From Octopus sinensis (Eukaryota), in NCBI RefSeq assembly GCF_006345805.1, contig NC_043005.1, positions 100,068,001 to 100,132,000 on the forward strand: a DNA stretch of 64,000 bases, in the 5' to 3' direction. This document shows positions 10,945 through 22,777 of this stretch, piece by piece. The notes under the pieces are model-generated. The model worked only from the letters and a program-made list of their open reading frames with translations. It was not told the origin of the DNA and did not search any database. A program made the position numbers and the translations under genes. Numbering within the stretch: the first letter of the stretch is position 1; every line of letters begins with the position of its first letter.

Positions 10945-13900
10945 ATTTTAATCCAAAAGGGAAACAAAAAAACAACAACAACAGGAACAATTACAGTATT
11001 ATTATTAAAAGGCGCTCAGGAGATGGAAGCAGGGAGGTATGACGTTTCGAGCGGAGCTCTTCGTCGGAAACATAAAGAAGGAAGAGAGAGGAAGAAAGAT
11101 CCCAGAGCGGGCAACAGGGAAAGAGAAAAAAGACGACTGGTGTTTACGAGTTGCACATGGTGAAAGGCGGATGTTGACGATAACAAGAGCAAAGTGGGTT
11201 TTTAAAGGCTAAAGAGTGGAGACAAGGTTGGTAACCCAACAGATGTGTGTGTATGTGTGTATGTCTGGGTGTGTCCGTGCATGTTTGTGCGTGTGTGTGT
11301 GTGTGTGTGAGGCGAGATGAAAAAACAAAAAAATATGTGTGTGTTAGTGTGTGCGTCTGTGTGTAGGCGTGTGAGGTAGGGCGAGACTGGTGGTCAGCTA
11401 GCAGACGAGGTCAGTAGTAAGAAAAAGAAGGAAGGAGGAAGGGAGGTCAGTAGTAAGAAAAAGAAGGAAGGAGGAAGGGAGGGAGGGGAAGGGGTGGGGG
11501 CGTATGTAGCGTGCCAGCGTGTGTTGAGTAGTAGTGTGTGTGTGTGTCCAGTGTCGTGGTGGTATTAATGGCGAGTAGATTGAATGTGTGTAAGAGTGAT
11601 GTATATATATAGGCAAGGTGTGTATATGTGTGCGCGTGTGTGTAACGAAAAAGGGGGGGGTTAAGGAAAAAGGACTCCAGCTGAGGGGAAGATGGAAGAG
11701 TGGTACCGCGGAGACAGGCGTGGGAAAACCCAACGACACGCGACGGTCCCAGGAACGGGCGGGAGGTCTCGTCAGGTCCAAGGGCGAGGTGTATGCGGCG
11801 CGTATGCAGCGCGAGCCGGCGCAAGTGCGTATGTGCGCGTGCCTGCGAGTATGCGCGTACGTATGTATGTGTGTGGATGTGTGAGTGTGTCTGTGTGTAT
11901 GTCTGGGTGGCAGTGTGTCCGATGAATGTATGTGAGTATGTGTGTATGTATGTGTGTGCATAGATGTATGTCCGTGTGTGTGTGTGTGTGTGTATGTGTG
12001 TGAGTGTGTATGTATGTACGTGTGGGTGTGGGGAAGTGTGTGTATGTGCATGTGTGTGCGCGTACATACAGGTGTGTGAGTGAGTGTGTGTGTGTGTGTA
12101 TGTATGTGTGAGTGTGTATGTATGTGTGTGTCGGATGCATGTATGTGTATGGGTGTATGTATGCGTGTGTGTATGTATGTATGTGTACGTGCGTGTGTGT
12201 GTGTGTATGCGTGTAGGTGTGCGCGTGTGCATGCATGCATGCATGTGCGTATGTGTGTGTGTGTGTGCATGTGTGTGGGTATATATGTATGTGCGTATAT
12301 GTGTGTGTATGTGCGTACATGTGTGTGTGTGTGTATGCATGTGTGTGTATGTAGGTGTGTAGGCGTGTGTGTATAGGTGTATGTATGTATGTGTGGGTGT
12401 GTCCGTGTATGTGTGTGTATGTATGTGTGTGTATGTAGGTGTGTGGGCGTGTGTATATGTGTGTGTATGTAGGTGTGTGGGCGTGTGTATATAGGTGTAT
12501 GTGTGTATGTCTGGGTGTGTCCGTGCATGTTTGTGCGTGTGTGTGTGTATGCATGTGTATGTGGGTGTGTGTGTACGTGTGTAATGTATGTGTGTATGCG
12601 TGTGTATGCGTGCGTGTGTGTATGTAGGTGCGTGTGTATGTGTGTGGGAGTGTAGGTGTGTGTGTGCGTGTGCGTGTTTATGTTGGTGTGTGCGTATGTG
12701 AGTGTGAGTGTATGGGTGTTTGTCATGCATGTGTGTGCGCGTGCAAGTGAGTGTGTGTGTAAGTATGTGTGTGTGAGTGTGTAAGTGTGTATGTCTTTGT
12801 GTATGTATGTGCGTATAGGAGTATGTGGGTATGTGTGTATGTATGTATATGGGTGTATGTATGTATGTGTGTGTGTGCATGTGTATAAGTATATGTGTGT
12901 GTGCGTATGTGTGTATATGTGTATGTGTGTGTGTTTATGTATGTGTGTATGTATGTGTGTAGGCGTGTGTGTGTAGATGTATGTATGTATGGGTGTGTGT
13001 CCGTGTGTGTTTGTCTGAGTGAGGGTATGGCTGTGTAGGTGTGTGTGTATGAATGTAAGTGTGTGTGTATACAAGTGTAATGTATGTATGTAGGTGTGTG
13101 TGTGTGTGTGTATGTGTACGTGTGCGTGTGTATGTGTGTGTGTGTATGCGTGTGAGTGTGAGTGTATGGGTGTATGTCTGTGTGTGTGTATGTCTGAAGT
13201 AGGTATGTATGTGTATGTATGTATGTGTGTGTGTGTGCAGGTATGTGTGTGTATGTGTGTGTGTGAGTAGGTGTGCGTGTATGTATGTGGGTAGGGATGC
13301 ATGCGAGTGTGTGGGTATGTATGCATACATACGTACGCGCACATCCGAAGCAAGCCCACACGCACAAAGCGCGCTCACGCACACAACGCACAAGCAGTAC
13401 AACGCAAGCCCAAAGGGCCGACCAAGCCCCCAGCGCGCGCCAAGGCGCGCGAGCGCAAAGGCCCTCGAACACCCCGCTACGCGGGAACCGAGGATCCATC
13501 GGCCAAAACCGGAAAGCAGAAAAGAGGGGGGGGCTGCCTGGATGCAAAAAGGTGTATGTGTGTGTGCATTCAGTGTAAGGGTGTGCATGTGTGGGCATGT
13601 ATGTATGTATGTGCCTACATGTATGTTTGCATTGTGTGTGTGAAGTATGTACGTGCGGTGTGTGTGTGTGTGAGTGTGTGTGTATGTATGTGCGTATGTA
13701 TGTGTGTGTGTATGTGTGTATGTATGTCTGTGTGTGTGTGTGTGTGTAAGTATGTATATGTGTGCGTATGTATGTATGTGTGTGTGTATGTGCATGTTAG
13801 TTTGTATGTTAGTGTGTGCTAGTATGTCTGTAAGTGTGTGTGATTAAATGTGTGAATGTATGTACGTAGATGGGTCTACGTATGTGTGTGTGTGAACAGG

Positions 13901-14215
13901 CGTGTGGGAGGTAGGTGGTTGGGTGTGTGTGGGAGGTAGGTGGGTGTGTGCGTGTGGGAGGCAGGTGGGTGGGTGTGTGTGGGTGGTGTGCCCAAAAAAA
14001 AAAAAAAAAAAAAAAACAGATCTCAAGAGGAGGGGGCTGTGTTAAGTCCGTGTGGGGTGGTAGTTTGTAGGGTGAAGATGTAGCGTTGCTCCAAGTGGAG
14101 CCTGGAAAGTGGGCGACCTTGGTGGGGGGCGAGACCAAACACTGAGATGTCATCTAGGGAATGGCCGGCCGAGCGGAAGTGGCGTGCGACGGGAGAAAGA
14201 GAGTGTAGGCGAACG

Positions 14216-14216
<1 letters not shown>
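10945..14216 (-). mobile_element. Penelope-like element 3' end with ~3-kb simple-repeat-rich 3' region
   Basis: 14216-14041 encodes SPVARHFRSAGHSLDDISVFGL..LEQRYIFTLQTTTPHGLN (GIY-YIG C-terminus, homologous to the end of the first element). The distal end shares TCCTGAGCGCC..TAATAC..AATTGTTC and a hammerhead-like motif with the first element. Flanked by (TA)n on both sides. Confidence 0.8.
11035..11072 (-). ncRNA. Minimal hammerhead-ribozyme-like motif
   Basis: Minus strand: GTTT-CCGACGA-A-GAGC(TCC)GCTC-GAAAC-GTC-ATAC. Stem II perfect, GUC triplet present, one core mismatch (U4C), weak stem I. Confidence 0.55.
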
Positions 14217-14265
<49 letters not shown>

Positions 14266-14688
14266 ACAGAAGGATTCTAAAGTCAACATACATAGGAAAA
14301 ATTTATTTTTTTTAAGAAACAGTTCAATAAAAAAATGTTTCTGATAAAAAAATAAATTGTTCTTATATATGGCGACTTTTGAATCACACTGTGTGTGTGT
14401 GTATATATATATATATATACATACACACATCTATATATATAAATGTATACTTTTATATATATTTATATATATGTATATATATATACATCTATATATATAT
14501 GAATACTTTTATATATATTTATATATATGTATATATATATATACATCTATATATATATGTATACTTTTATATATATATATATTTATATATATGTATGCAT
14601 GTATATATATATACACATATGTAGACATATATATATATACATATATATACATATGTATACATATATACATATACATATATATACACAT

Positions 14689-15582
14689 AAATCCTTTGAA
14701 ATGTTTTAGCCCGAAGGCCGCGGCCATGCTGGGGCACCACCGCTGAATGAGCTACACTAATATGTGAATCCACCTCTGATACGTGGCACTTGATCAACAA
14801 GGGAGTTCGATGCTGCTGCCCGCATCCGCGTCTCCTGTCGTGAGGTAGGTTCATCTGGGACTCCCGACAAGAAGAGATCCAGTTTAATTTTAAAGAAACC
14901 CACATCCACACCATGTAAGTCTCTCAGGCATTTAGGGAGGATGTTAAAGAGCTGTGGTCCTCTGAAACCCAAGCTGTTGCAGTATCTGGACCTGTATTTT
15001 GATGGTAATGTTGGAATCTTTGGCACCATGCAGTGGCGCCCCATTCTGCGGTTGGGGTAACTTTGAATGCCAAAGTTTGGGACAAGACCCTCCAGGATTT
15101 TCCAGATGTATATCACCGCATATCTCTCCCGCCTCCGCTCTAGGGAGAAGAGGTTTAATACCTTCAGTCTTTACCAGTAGCTGATATTTTGCATTGAGAC
15201 GATCTTCTTTGTGTAGCTTCTTTGAATTGCTTCGAGTTCTGCTGTTAGTTTTATATTGTGTGGTCACCATAGTTGGGAGCAGTAGTCCAAGTGGCTGAGG
15301 ACGAATGTTTTCCATAGGACCATCAGTGTCTCCTTCTCTCTTGTTCTGAAAGTTCGAAGAATCCATCCAGCTAGCCGTCTGCATTTTATCACCAGATTAG
15401 TAATATGCACTTGGAAAGATGCATCATTGCTCATGTCAATGCCCAGGTCATGCACTGATTTTGACTCAGGGATTGCAATTCTTCCTGGGCCAGTGTATCC
15501 AGTCTGCACATCGTTTACCTTTGTGTACCGGTAGTACAGGGCCCGGAACTTACCTGCATTAAACTGCATGTTGTTGTCCTCT
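14689..15582 (-). mobile_element. CR1/L2-group LINE, 3' part of ORF2 plus 3' UTR
   Basis: [70 protein letters not shown]; short 3' UTR ending in a hairpin motif. Confidence 0.9.
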
Positions 15583-15839
15583 ACATATATATATACATAT
15601 GTATACATATATACATATGTATATATATGCATATATATACATATGTGTGTATATACATATATATATATATATATACATATGTGTGTGTATATACATATAA
15701 ATACATGTGTGTGTTATATATATATATATATGTATATATATATACATATGAATATATATATACATTTACATACATATGTATGTATATATATATATATATA
15801 TATACATATATACATATGTATATATATGTATGTGCATGT

Positions 15840-16062
15840 GTGTATTTGTGTGTCTGTGTTTCTCCCCCTAGCATTGCTTGACAACCGATGCTGGTGTGTT
15901 TACGTCCCCGTTACTTAGCGGTTCGGCAAAAGAGACCGATAGAATAAGTACTGGGCTTACAAAAGAATAAGTTCCGGGGTCAAGTTGCTCGATTAAAGGC
16001 GGTGCTCCAGCATGGCCGCAGTCAAATGACTGAAACAAGTAAAAGAGTAAAAGAGAAAAGAG
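15840..16062 (+). mobile_element. SINE family A, 3' half
   Basis: GACAACCGATGCTGGTGTGTTTACG..GGTGCTCCAGCATGGCCGCAGTCAAATGACTGAAACAAGTAAAAGAG. Confidence 0.85.
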
Positions 16063-16117
16063 TAATATACACATATGTATATATATACATACATATGTGT
16101 GTGTGTATATATATACA

Positions 16118-16156
<39 letters not shown>

Positions 16157-16159
<3 letters not shown>

Positions 16160-16303
16160 GTTAGGAAGGGCATCCAGCTGTAGACAAACTGCCAGATCTG
16201 ACTGGCCTGGTGCAGCCTTCGGGCTCCCCAGACCCCAGTTGAACCGTCCAACCCATGCTAGCATGGAAAGCGGACGTTAAACGATGATGATGATGATGAT
16301 GAT
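16157..16303 (+). mobile_element. RTE-type 3' tail fragment
   Basis: GGCGTTAGGAAGGGCATCCAGCTG..CCATGCTAGCATGGAAAGCGGACGTTAAACG(ATG)n. Confidence 0.75.
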
Positions 16304-16789
16304 ATATATTGATTCATGCTCAATAAATATATGCAGTAACCAAACATACCAGTGGTATATTTATACATTTGTATATCAATAAATTTGATGTATACAAGCA
16401 TTTGTACACCTTTGTGAGCGTCAATGTATGTGGGATCTCTGTATTTTATGCTGTTTTTGATTTTTTTATACTTTGCATTTTTGAATAATTGGTGTTTTAT
16501 GCAGCAGCGCATGTCTGCATACGCACACACATATATACACACGTGTCCATGTGTTTATTTATACATTTGCTTGGATGTTTATGCACATGTCAGTGACCAT
16601 AAAAGGGCATGTGAATATTTATGTTCACATAAAATGTGGCCATAAATGTACATATACGAATAAGTATGGCAAATGAGTATGTATATGTGTATGTGTGTGT
16701 GTGTGTGAGTTTTCATGAGTGGGTGTGCATGCATATGTGTGAGAGAGATACAGAGATGGTGAGCAATACATATATATACACACACACGC

Positions 16790-16841
<52 letters not shown>

Positions 16842-16893
16842 TCATCATCATCATTTAGTGTCCGCTTTCCATGCTAGCATGGGTTGGACAGTT

Positions 16894-16939
<46 letters not shown>

Positions 16940-17117
16940 TCACACACTCTCAAACACACACACATACCCTCACAATTACATGCACACACACACACAGTTA
17001 TATACTTATATATTATATAAGTACATAAATATTTATATGTTTAAGCTTACATATATATTCCAATGACATCATGAAATTCAGCAACATCTTTCATATATCA
17101 TCATCATATATATATAC

Positions 17118-17150
<33 letters not shown>

Positions 17151-17507
17151 TTCCTGTGTCACATAGCTAGCTAGAGGCAATGGCCTCTTGGAGCTAATCA
17201 ACGGCAGCATTTGGCCTATATTTCCAGACTGCCATTGTAGCTTGTCGATAACTATTAATATATATATATATATATATACATGTATATATATACATGTATA
17301 TATACATTCATACATACAGGCATATACACACACACACATATATACACAAGCATAAACACACATATAAATATACACACATGCACACACACATCCTCATCAT
17401 CATTTAGCATCTACTTTCCATGCTGCCATGGGTTAAATGGTTTGACTGGAGATGCTAAGCCAGTGACCAGCACCAAATATATATATATGTATATATGTAT
17501 ATGTATA

Positions 17508-17582
<75 letters not shown>

Positions 17583-17616
17583 GTGTATATATATATATAT
17601 GTATATATATGTATAT

Positions 17617-17811
17617 ATCATCATCATCGTTTAACGTCCGCTTTCCATGCTAGCATGGGTTGGACAGTTCAACTGGGGTCTGGCAAGCTCGAAGGCTGCA
17701 CCAGGCCAGTCAGATCTGGCAGTGTTTCTACAGCTGGATGCCCTTCCTAACGCCAACCACTCCGAGAGTGTAGTGGGTGATTTTATGTGCCACCGACACA
17801 GGTGCCAGACG
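17617..17811 (-). mobile_element. RTE-type 3' tail fragment
   Basis: Reverse complement of the same tail, including one repeat unit. Confidence 0.75.
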
Positions 17812-18455
17812 AGATTAGGTTAAAACCAACTTCATCGGCTACTGGTTGCATGATGATAGTTTGTTAGATAGGGACAATTGATCTCAAGTGATATAATCTT
17901 CTAACTCTGACTTCCAGTGCTGACGAGTTGGTCATTTCAAATTTTGCTGAGTTATTACGGAAAGACTTGGTACTTTATTGTATTCTATGATTCGTCGTAA
18001 CGTTTCTATTTAGATTATAATTTGGGCATTCTTTCGATATAGCTCGACAACATCAAGGCACTTCACTTAAGGTATTTCCGTGGTTTGTGGGGTATAGATA
18101 TAACGAAATTATGCCATCAGTGTCTCGTTTTAAAGTTGAAGAAAAAAAAGCCTTGCATATTTGTTCTTACCTGTTTCATATGTATATGTAAAATCTGCAA
18201 ATTTTCAAGCAGAAAACAATCGAACTGTCATTTGCTTCCACGGAAATAGCCGAAATGAAGTTTGATTTTGTCGAGTTACATCTAAAGAATGCCATAATTT
18301 GGATTTTTCTGTTGATCTATGATGAATCATTCGCAGTCTACTGATTTTGAGTGATTACCTAGTCACCAAATCTGAGAAAAACGGTGGGTTCCCCTTTTCA
18401 ATGTATGAATTTTTGGAAGTTTTTCAGTTGTGTCACTTATTCAGTTTTCGCTCCT

Positions 18456-18493
<38 letters not shown>

Positions 18494-18657
18494 GTATATA
18501 TATGTATATATATATATGTATATGTATATATATGTATATATATATATGTATATGTATATATATATGTATATATATATATATGTATATGTATATATATATG
18601 TATATATATATGTATATATATATACATACATATATATATAGTTACAGATATTTATAT

Positions 18658-19041
18658 GCAGGAGTGACTGTGTGGTAAGAAGCTTGCTTCCCAACCACAT
18701 GGTCCTGGTTTCAGTCCCACTGTGTGACACCTTGGGAAAGTGTCTTCTACTATAGCCCTGGGCCAACCACAGTGTTGTGAGTGAAGTTGGTAGATGGAAA
18801 CTGAAAGATGTCCGTGTGTGTGTGTGTGCACCTTTGGGTTTCTTTGTCTTGATATTGCATAACAGTTGTCATTTAAGCAATGTCATTCAATTTTGATATC
18901 TTGTGGGGACATGCCTGGCTGTATTACTTCATCTGGAAAGAAGTGTGGGTTGGCAACAGGATGGGCAATTGGCCCTAGAAAACCTTGCTGAATAATCTGT
19001 CTGACCCATGCAAGTATGGAAATGTGGGCATTAAAATGATT
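18658..19041 (+). mobile_element. SINE family D (A-type tRNA head, distinct body, RTE-like tail)
   Basis: Head matches family A. 3' end GGTTGGCAACAGGATGGGCA..ACCCATGCAAGTATGGAAATGTGGGCATTAAAATGAT resembles the RTE tail. Confidence 0.7.
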
Positions 19042-19099
19042 ATTTTATAAATGTATTTCTCTCTCTATATATATGTATATATATATATATCTATATATA

Positions 19100-19139
<40 letters not shown>

Positions 19140-19706
19140 AATAAAATCTGTGCTTTTATATACCTCTGAAACATGGAGAGCCACCTGCAGCAACTACATA
19201 CATACACACTCACACACATGCGTATGTTGATGGAATGTTTTCCACCTGCAAATAATGTACTTCTCATGGCAACATTAGAGACGACAGACTTTGAGCTTTT
19301 TGTGGTCATCCCAGTAATTAAAGCCTACCATTCAGTTCATTATGCTTCATTTTTATATTTGTGATGGACTCCTGGCATGCTTCAATTCTCATAATGTTAC
19401 ACCTTGTTTATGGGGATCACACTGGGTAGCAGCATTCAAGGTGTGATGAAGAAAATAGAGATGGATGATGGATGATGGCATCAAGATCTCTATAGTGGAG
19501 AGTTCAAAGGACCCATCAGCATATTCTGCAGGCCAATTGACTTTTTATTGTTGATGTGTGTATTAAGCTGAGGTTGTCCATAATTACACCAAACTCTTTG
19601 ATATTTTATGATGAACTCTTCCAAAGGAAGACAGTTTGGCTGTTTAAGTATATTCCCTTCCCCAAATTGAATGAAGTTACATTCTTTTCTTTGTTGAGCA
19701 GCTGAT

Positions 19707-19920
19707 TGTGAGGAGATGCTAAAAAGTTCCTGGCTTTCAGGGTATCATGAAAGGCCTAGTTGGTGGTCCAACCTTTTGTACAGGGCTTAGAAAAAACTGA
19801 AAGGACCATTGCAATAAGTGTGTGAATTTGAGAAGGAAATATTTTGAATAAAATCATAATTAACTGATCCTCCTCTATTTTCTTTCACCCAAAGCCAGGA
19901 ACTGTTCAGCACCTCTTGTA
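19707..19920 (+). mobile_element. mariner-derived MITE
   Basis: TIRs GAGGAGATGCTAAAAAGTTCCTGGCTTT / AAAGCCAGGAACTGTTCAGCACCTCTTGTA. Interior encodes a mariner C-terminal remnant (CNKCVNLRRKYFE*). Second copy at 46303-46516. Confidence 0.75.
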
Positions 19921-20062
19921 TTTCTTGTTTGTCACCAATCAATTTACACCCCATTGATCAGATTGGAGATCTTTCAAGTCACAGATGACATTCTAGAGTT
20001 TCGGATTAGCAGCAAAAGGTTTTATTTTACTCTGTTGAATGACATTTACAATGTCATTTGTT

Positions 20063-20414
20063 ATCATCATCATCATCATTTAACGTCCGTTTTCCATGCT
20101 AGTATGGGTTGGATGGTTTGACCGGGGGTCTCAGAAACCAGAAGGCTGCGCCAGGCTCCAGTCTGATCTGGCAGTGTTTTTATAGCTGGATGCCCTTCCT
20201 AATGCCAACCACTCCGTGAGTGAAGTGGGTGCTTTTTACGTGCCACCAGCACAGGTGCCAGGGGAGGTTGGTAGGAGCCACAATCAGTTGGTGCTTTTTA
20301 CATGCCACCGGCACAGAAGCCAGTCAAGGTGGCGCTGGCTTTGGCCACGTTTGGATGGTGCATTTTACATGCCACCGGCACAGGTATTACAACTACAATT
20401 TCCATTTGATATTT
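20063..20414 (-). mobile_element. RTE-type 3' UTR with three repeat units
   Basis: Tail as above plus three GGTGC(T/A)TTTTAC(G/A)TGCCACC(A/G)GCAC cores. Confidence 0.75.
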
Positions 20415-21600
20415 GTGTACACGATAAACAGCTGTGAGCCCAAAACAATAACCTGAAGGACACCACTGATGACTTTTGCTAGTCTTGAGTAAATTTTGTC
20501 AGCCCCAACATGTTGGTTCCTGTTTGTCAGCAAACATTTACTCCACTGCAGTAGCATTCAATGGATTCCTGTGTTGGATAATTTCTTCAGCAGAATGCTG
20601 TAGTCTTCTCTGTTGAAAGGTTTATTGAAGTTGAGGGAAATGACATCTGTATTGAAATCTTTTCCCAGAGCATTTAGAATGCCACTAAAATGTTAGGCAG
20701 TCTCTACAATCATAAAAACCATTCTGAGTGGGTTCTTTGAGATGATTTCTTTTTTCTAGAAAAGGCTGTTATTTTAGATCTTACCCTACCCCCACTGAAT
20801 ACCTTAATGGCATGAAAAGCTAATGAAGTCAGATGGTCTTTCACTGCAAGTGACTTATTCTTCTCTTTAAAAAAAGTGGTACAGAAATTGTTTAGGAATA
20901 AAACTTGAGGTCATCAATTTTTTCTGGAGGAGATTTTAGGTGATGTTTGTACTCCTCCAAGACATTTGCAGGGAATATGTCAGTACCCATTTCTTTACAG
21001 CCCACAAGGGGCTAAACACAGAGGGGACAAAAAAGGACAGACAAACGGATTAAGTCGATTATATCGACCCCAGTGCGTAACTGGTAATTATTTAATCAAC
21101 CCCGAAAGGATGAAAGGCAAAGTCGACCTCGGCAGAATTTGAACTCAGAACGTAGCGGCAGACGAAATACCACTAGGCATTTCGCCCGACATTTCTGCCA
21201 GCTTGCCGCCTTAAATATGTGAATACCCATTAACAGAATTGAGATAAATTTCATTAACTGTTGTAAGGATGTGTTTAGTGCTAAAAGTTATGTCAGGGAT
21301 GACATGCTGAGGATTTACTTCATCAATACTGCCTGAGTCAACTGTATCAGGATGATTGAGGAGAGAACAGTATTGCTTCTGTAGACATTCCACCATATCT
21401 TTGACATTGCTGTGAAGGGGCTGATGGGCGAAAAAGTGATAACAGAATACAGGGCTTTGGAATTGTGTCGAATTTTTGCAGCAGCTGAGTCATCCTCAGT
21501 GACCCTTGGGTTACTGACAAAATACCTCAAAGAGTTCTTGAGATGTCTTACTAATTCTAGCATCGTTATTGACCTCAAGAGCAGAAACTACTGCTGGAAG
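20412..21600 (-). mobile_element. Heavily decayed CR1/L2-group LINE, RT N-terminal half
   Basis: Remnants AAAKIRHNSKALYS, QKQYCS, PDITFS, DVISLNFNKPF..ILLKKLSNTGI, VISGVLQVIVLGSQLFIVYTN. Interrupted by a SINE at 20989-21211. Confidence 0.8.
20989..21211 (-). mobile_element. SINE family B
   Basis: Reverse complement of the family B head, body and tail. Confidence 0.9.
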
Positions 21601-21659
21601 TGTTTTATTTTACCTGATTGATTTTTGTTTTGTCAATTCTCTTTATTTTCCAGAAGGGG

Positions 21660-21694
<35 letters not shown>

Positions 21695-22179
21695 AGAGAG
21701 AGAGAGAGCTTATAATTGTTCTTGTTTTCACCTATGTTACTAAATGTGTCCTCAAATAACTCACACAACATTTTGATATTTGAGGAAGTATGCAGACAAC
21801 ATTGCATAGAATATGAAAAGCCCAGTCCAAACTATATGGGAGCATTGGAGATGTAGATGTTTATACTTAGAGACCCTAAAAAGCAGAGATATTTACAATT
21901 GCATGTCAAAGCTCCAGTTTACCAATTTATTGATGGCAACACAAAATCCTCTGATGAATGGTTATGAACATGAAAGCACTTACATTTTATGGTTAATCAA
22001 CAAATCTTAAACCAGAATCAAGACTTCACATCAGCAATTCTTTGTAAAGATAATGCTTTTGATGTTTTCTTGTTATTTTGCATTATTTACACACAATTGT
22101 ACAGTATAAACATGCTGCTTGAGGTACGCATGGACATTGTAGGTGCATATATATGTGTAAATGTATGTACATGTAAGTA

Positions 22180-22777
22180 CAATAATCCCTCGACTATCCT
22201 GGGTGTTACGTTCCAAAAGCCCCTGTGATAGGTAAAAATCTGTAGAAACAGTACTGTACCTTTAAATTTTTTTTGTTACCCCTGCTTTAGCAAAGGCAGA
22301 GATCTTGTTTTCAGTCGTGTGTGTTTATTTGTTTGTCTGTGGACAAGATATCTCAAGAACCGCTGGATGGATTTGGATGAAACTCTCAGGGATGTTTGGC
22401 CTTGTGACTGGCATCAACTGATTAGATTTTAGTATCAATCTGGTTCCAGACAAGGATTCTGGATTATTTTTCTGGTCTTTTTACTTAATTTTTGAGTGGT
22501 TGGATTTACTTTTAGTATTCTCATTTGTGAGAGCAGTTGAGTTTATTTCAGATATTCTCATTTTAAAAATCCTCTCTGGCCAATCATTGAGAGGACGTTG
22601 GTGTTGCCTTGGCAGAGGTTTGCACTCTCTGAATGTTCTTGTTACTTTTATAATTTGTTTATATTTATTTTATTATAAATGCAAAACATCATCACATAGG
22701 AATCAACGTAAACTTAAATAATAAACCGTGATAGGTGAACCACAATAGGTGAACCACAACATGGTGAGGGACTGCTC
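22180..22777. mobile_element. pogo/Tigger-like MITE with nested insertion
   Basis: TA-flanked decayed TIRs CAATAATCCCTCGACTAT / ATGGTGAGGGACTGCTC. Internal GATAGGTGAA motif at both ends. Confidence 0.55.
22273..22643 (+). mobile_element. Helentron-associated (HINE/DINE-1-like) element
   Basis: 5' TTACCCCTGCTTTAGCAAAGGCAG palindrome, TGTTTGTCTGT microsatellite, GATATCTCAAGAACCGCTGGATGGATTTGGATGAAAC, 3' CCTTGGCAGAGGTTTGCACTCTCTGA..GTT. Classification by architecture. Confidence 0.55.

Noticed and set aside
11398-13365. 655-aa His/Thr-rich ORF and the many overlapping HT/CV/YI-rich ORFs across the window
   Set aside because: These are translations of (CA)n, (TG)n and (TA)n-type microsatellites that lack stops by composition; no domain content.
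14689-21600. The two minus-strand CR1/L2 fragments as one element split by 4.8 kb of insertions
   Set aside because: They are colinear, but the decay levels differ greatly and the intervening catalytic ADD segment was not found; more likely separate copies.
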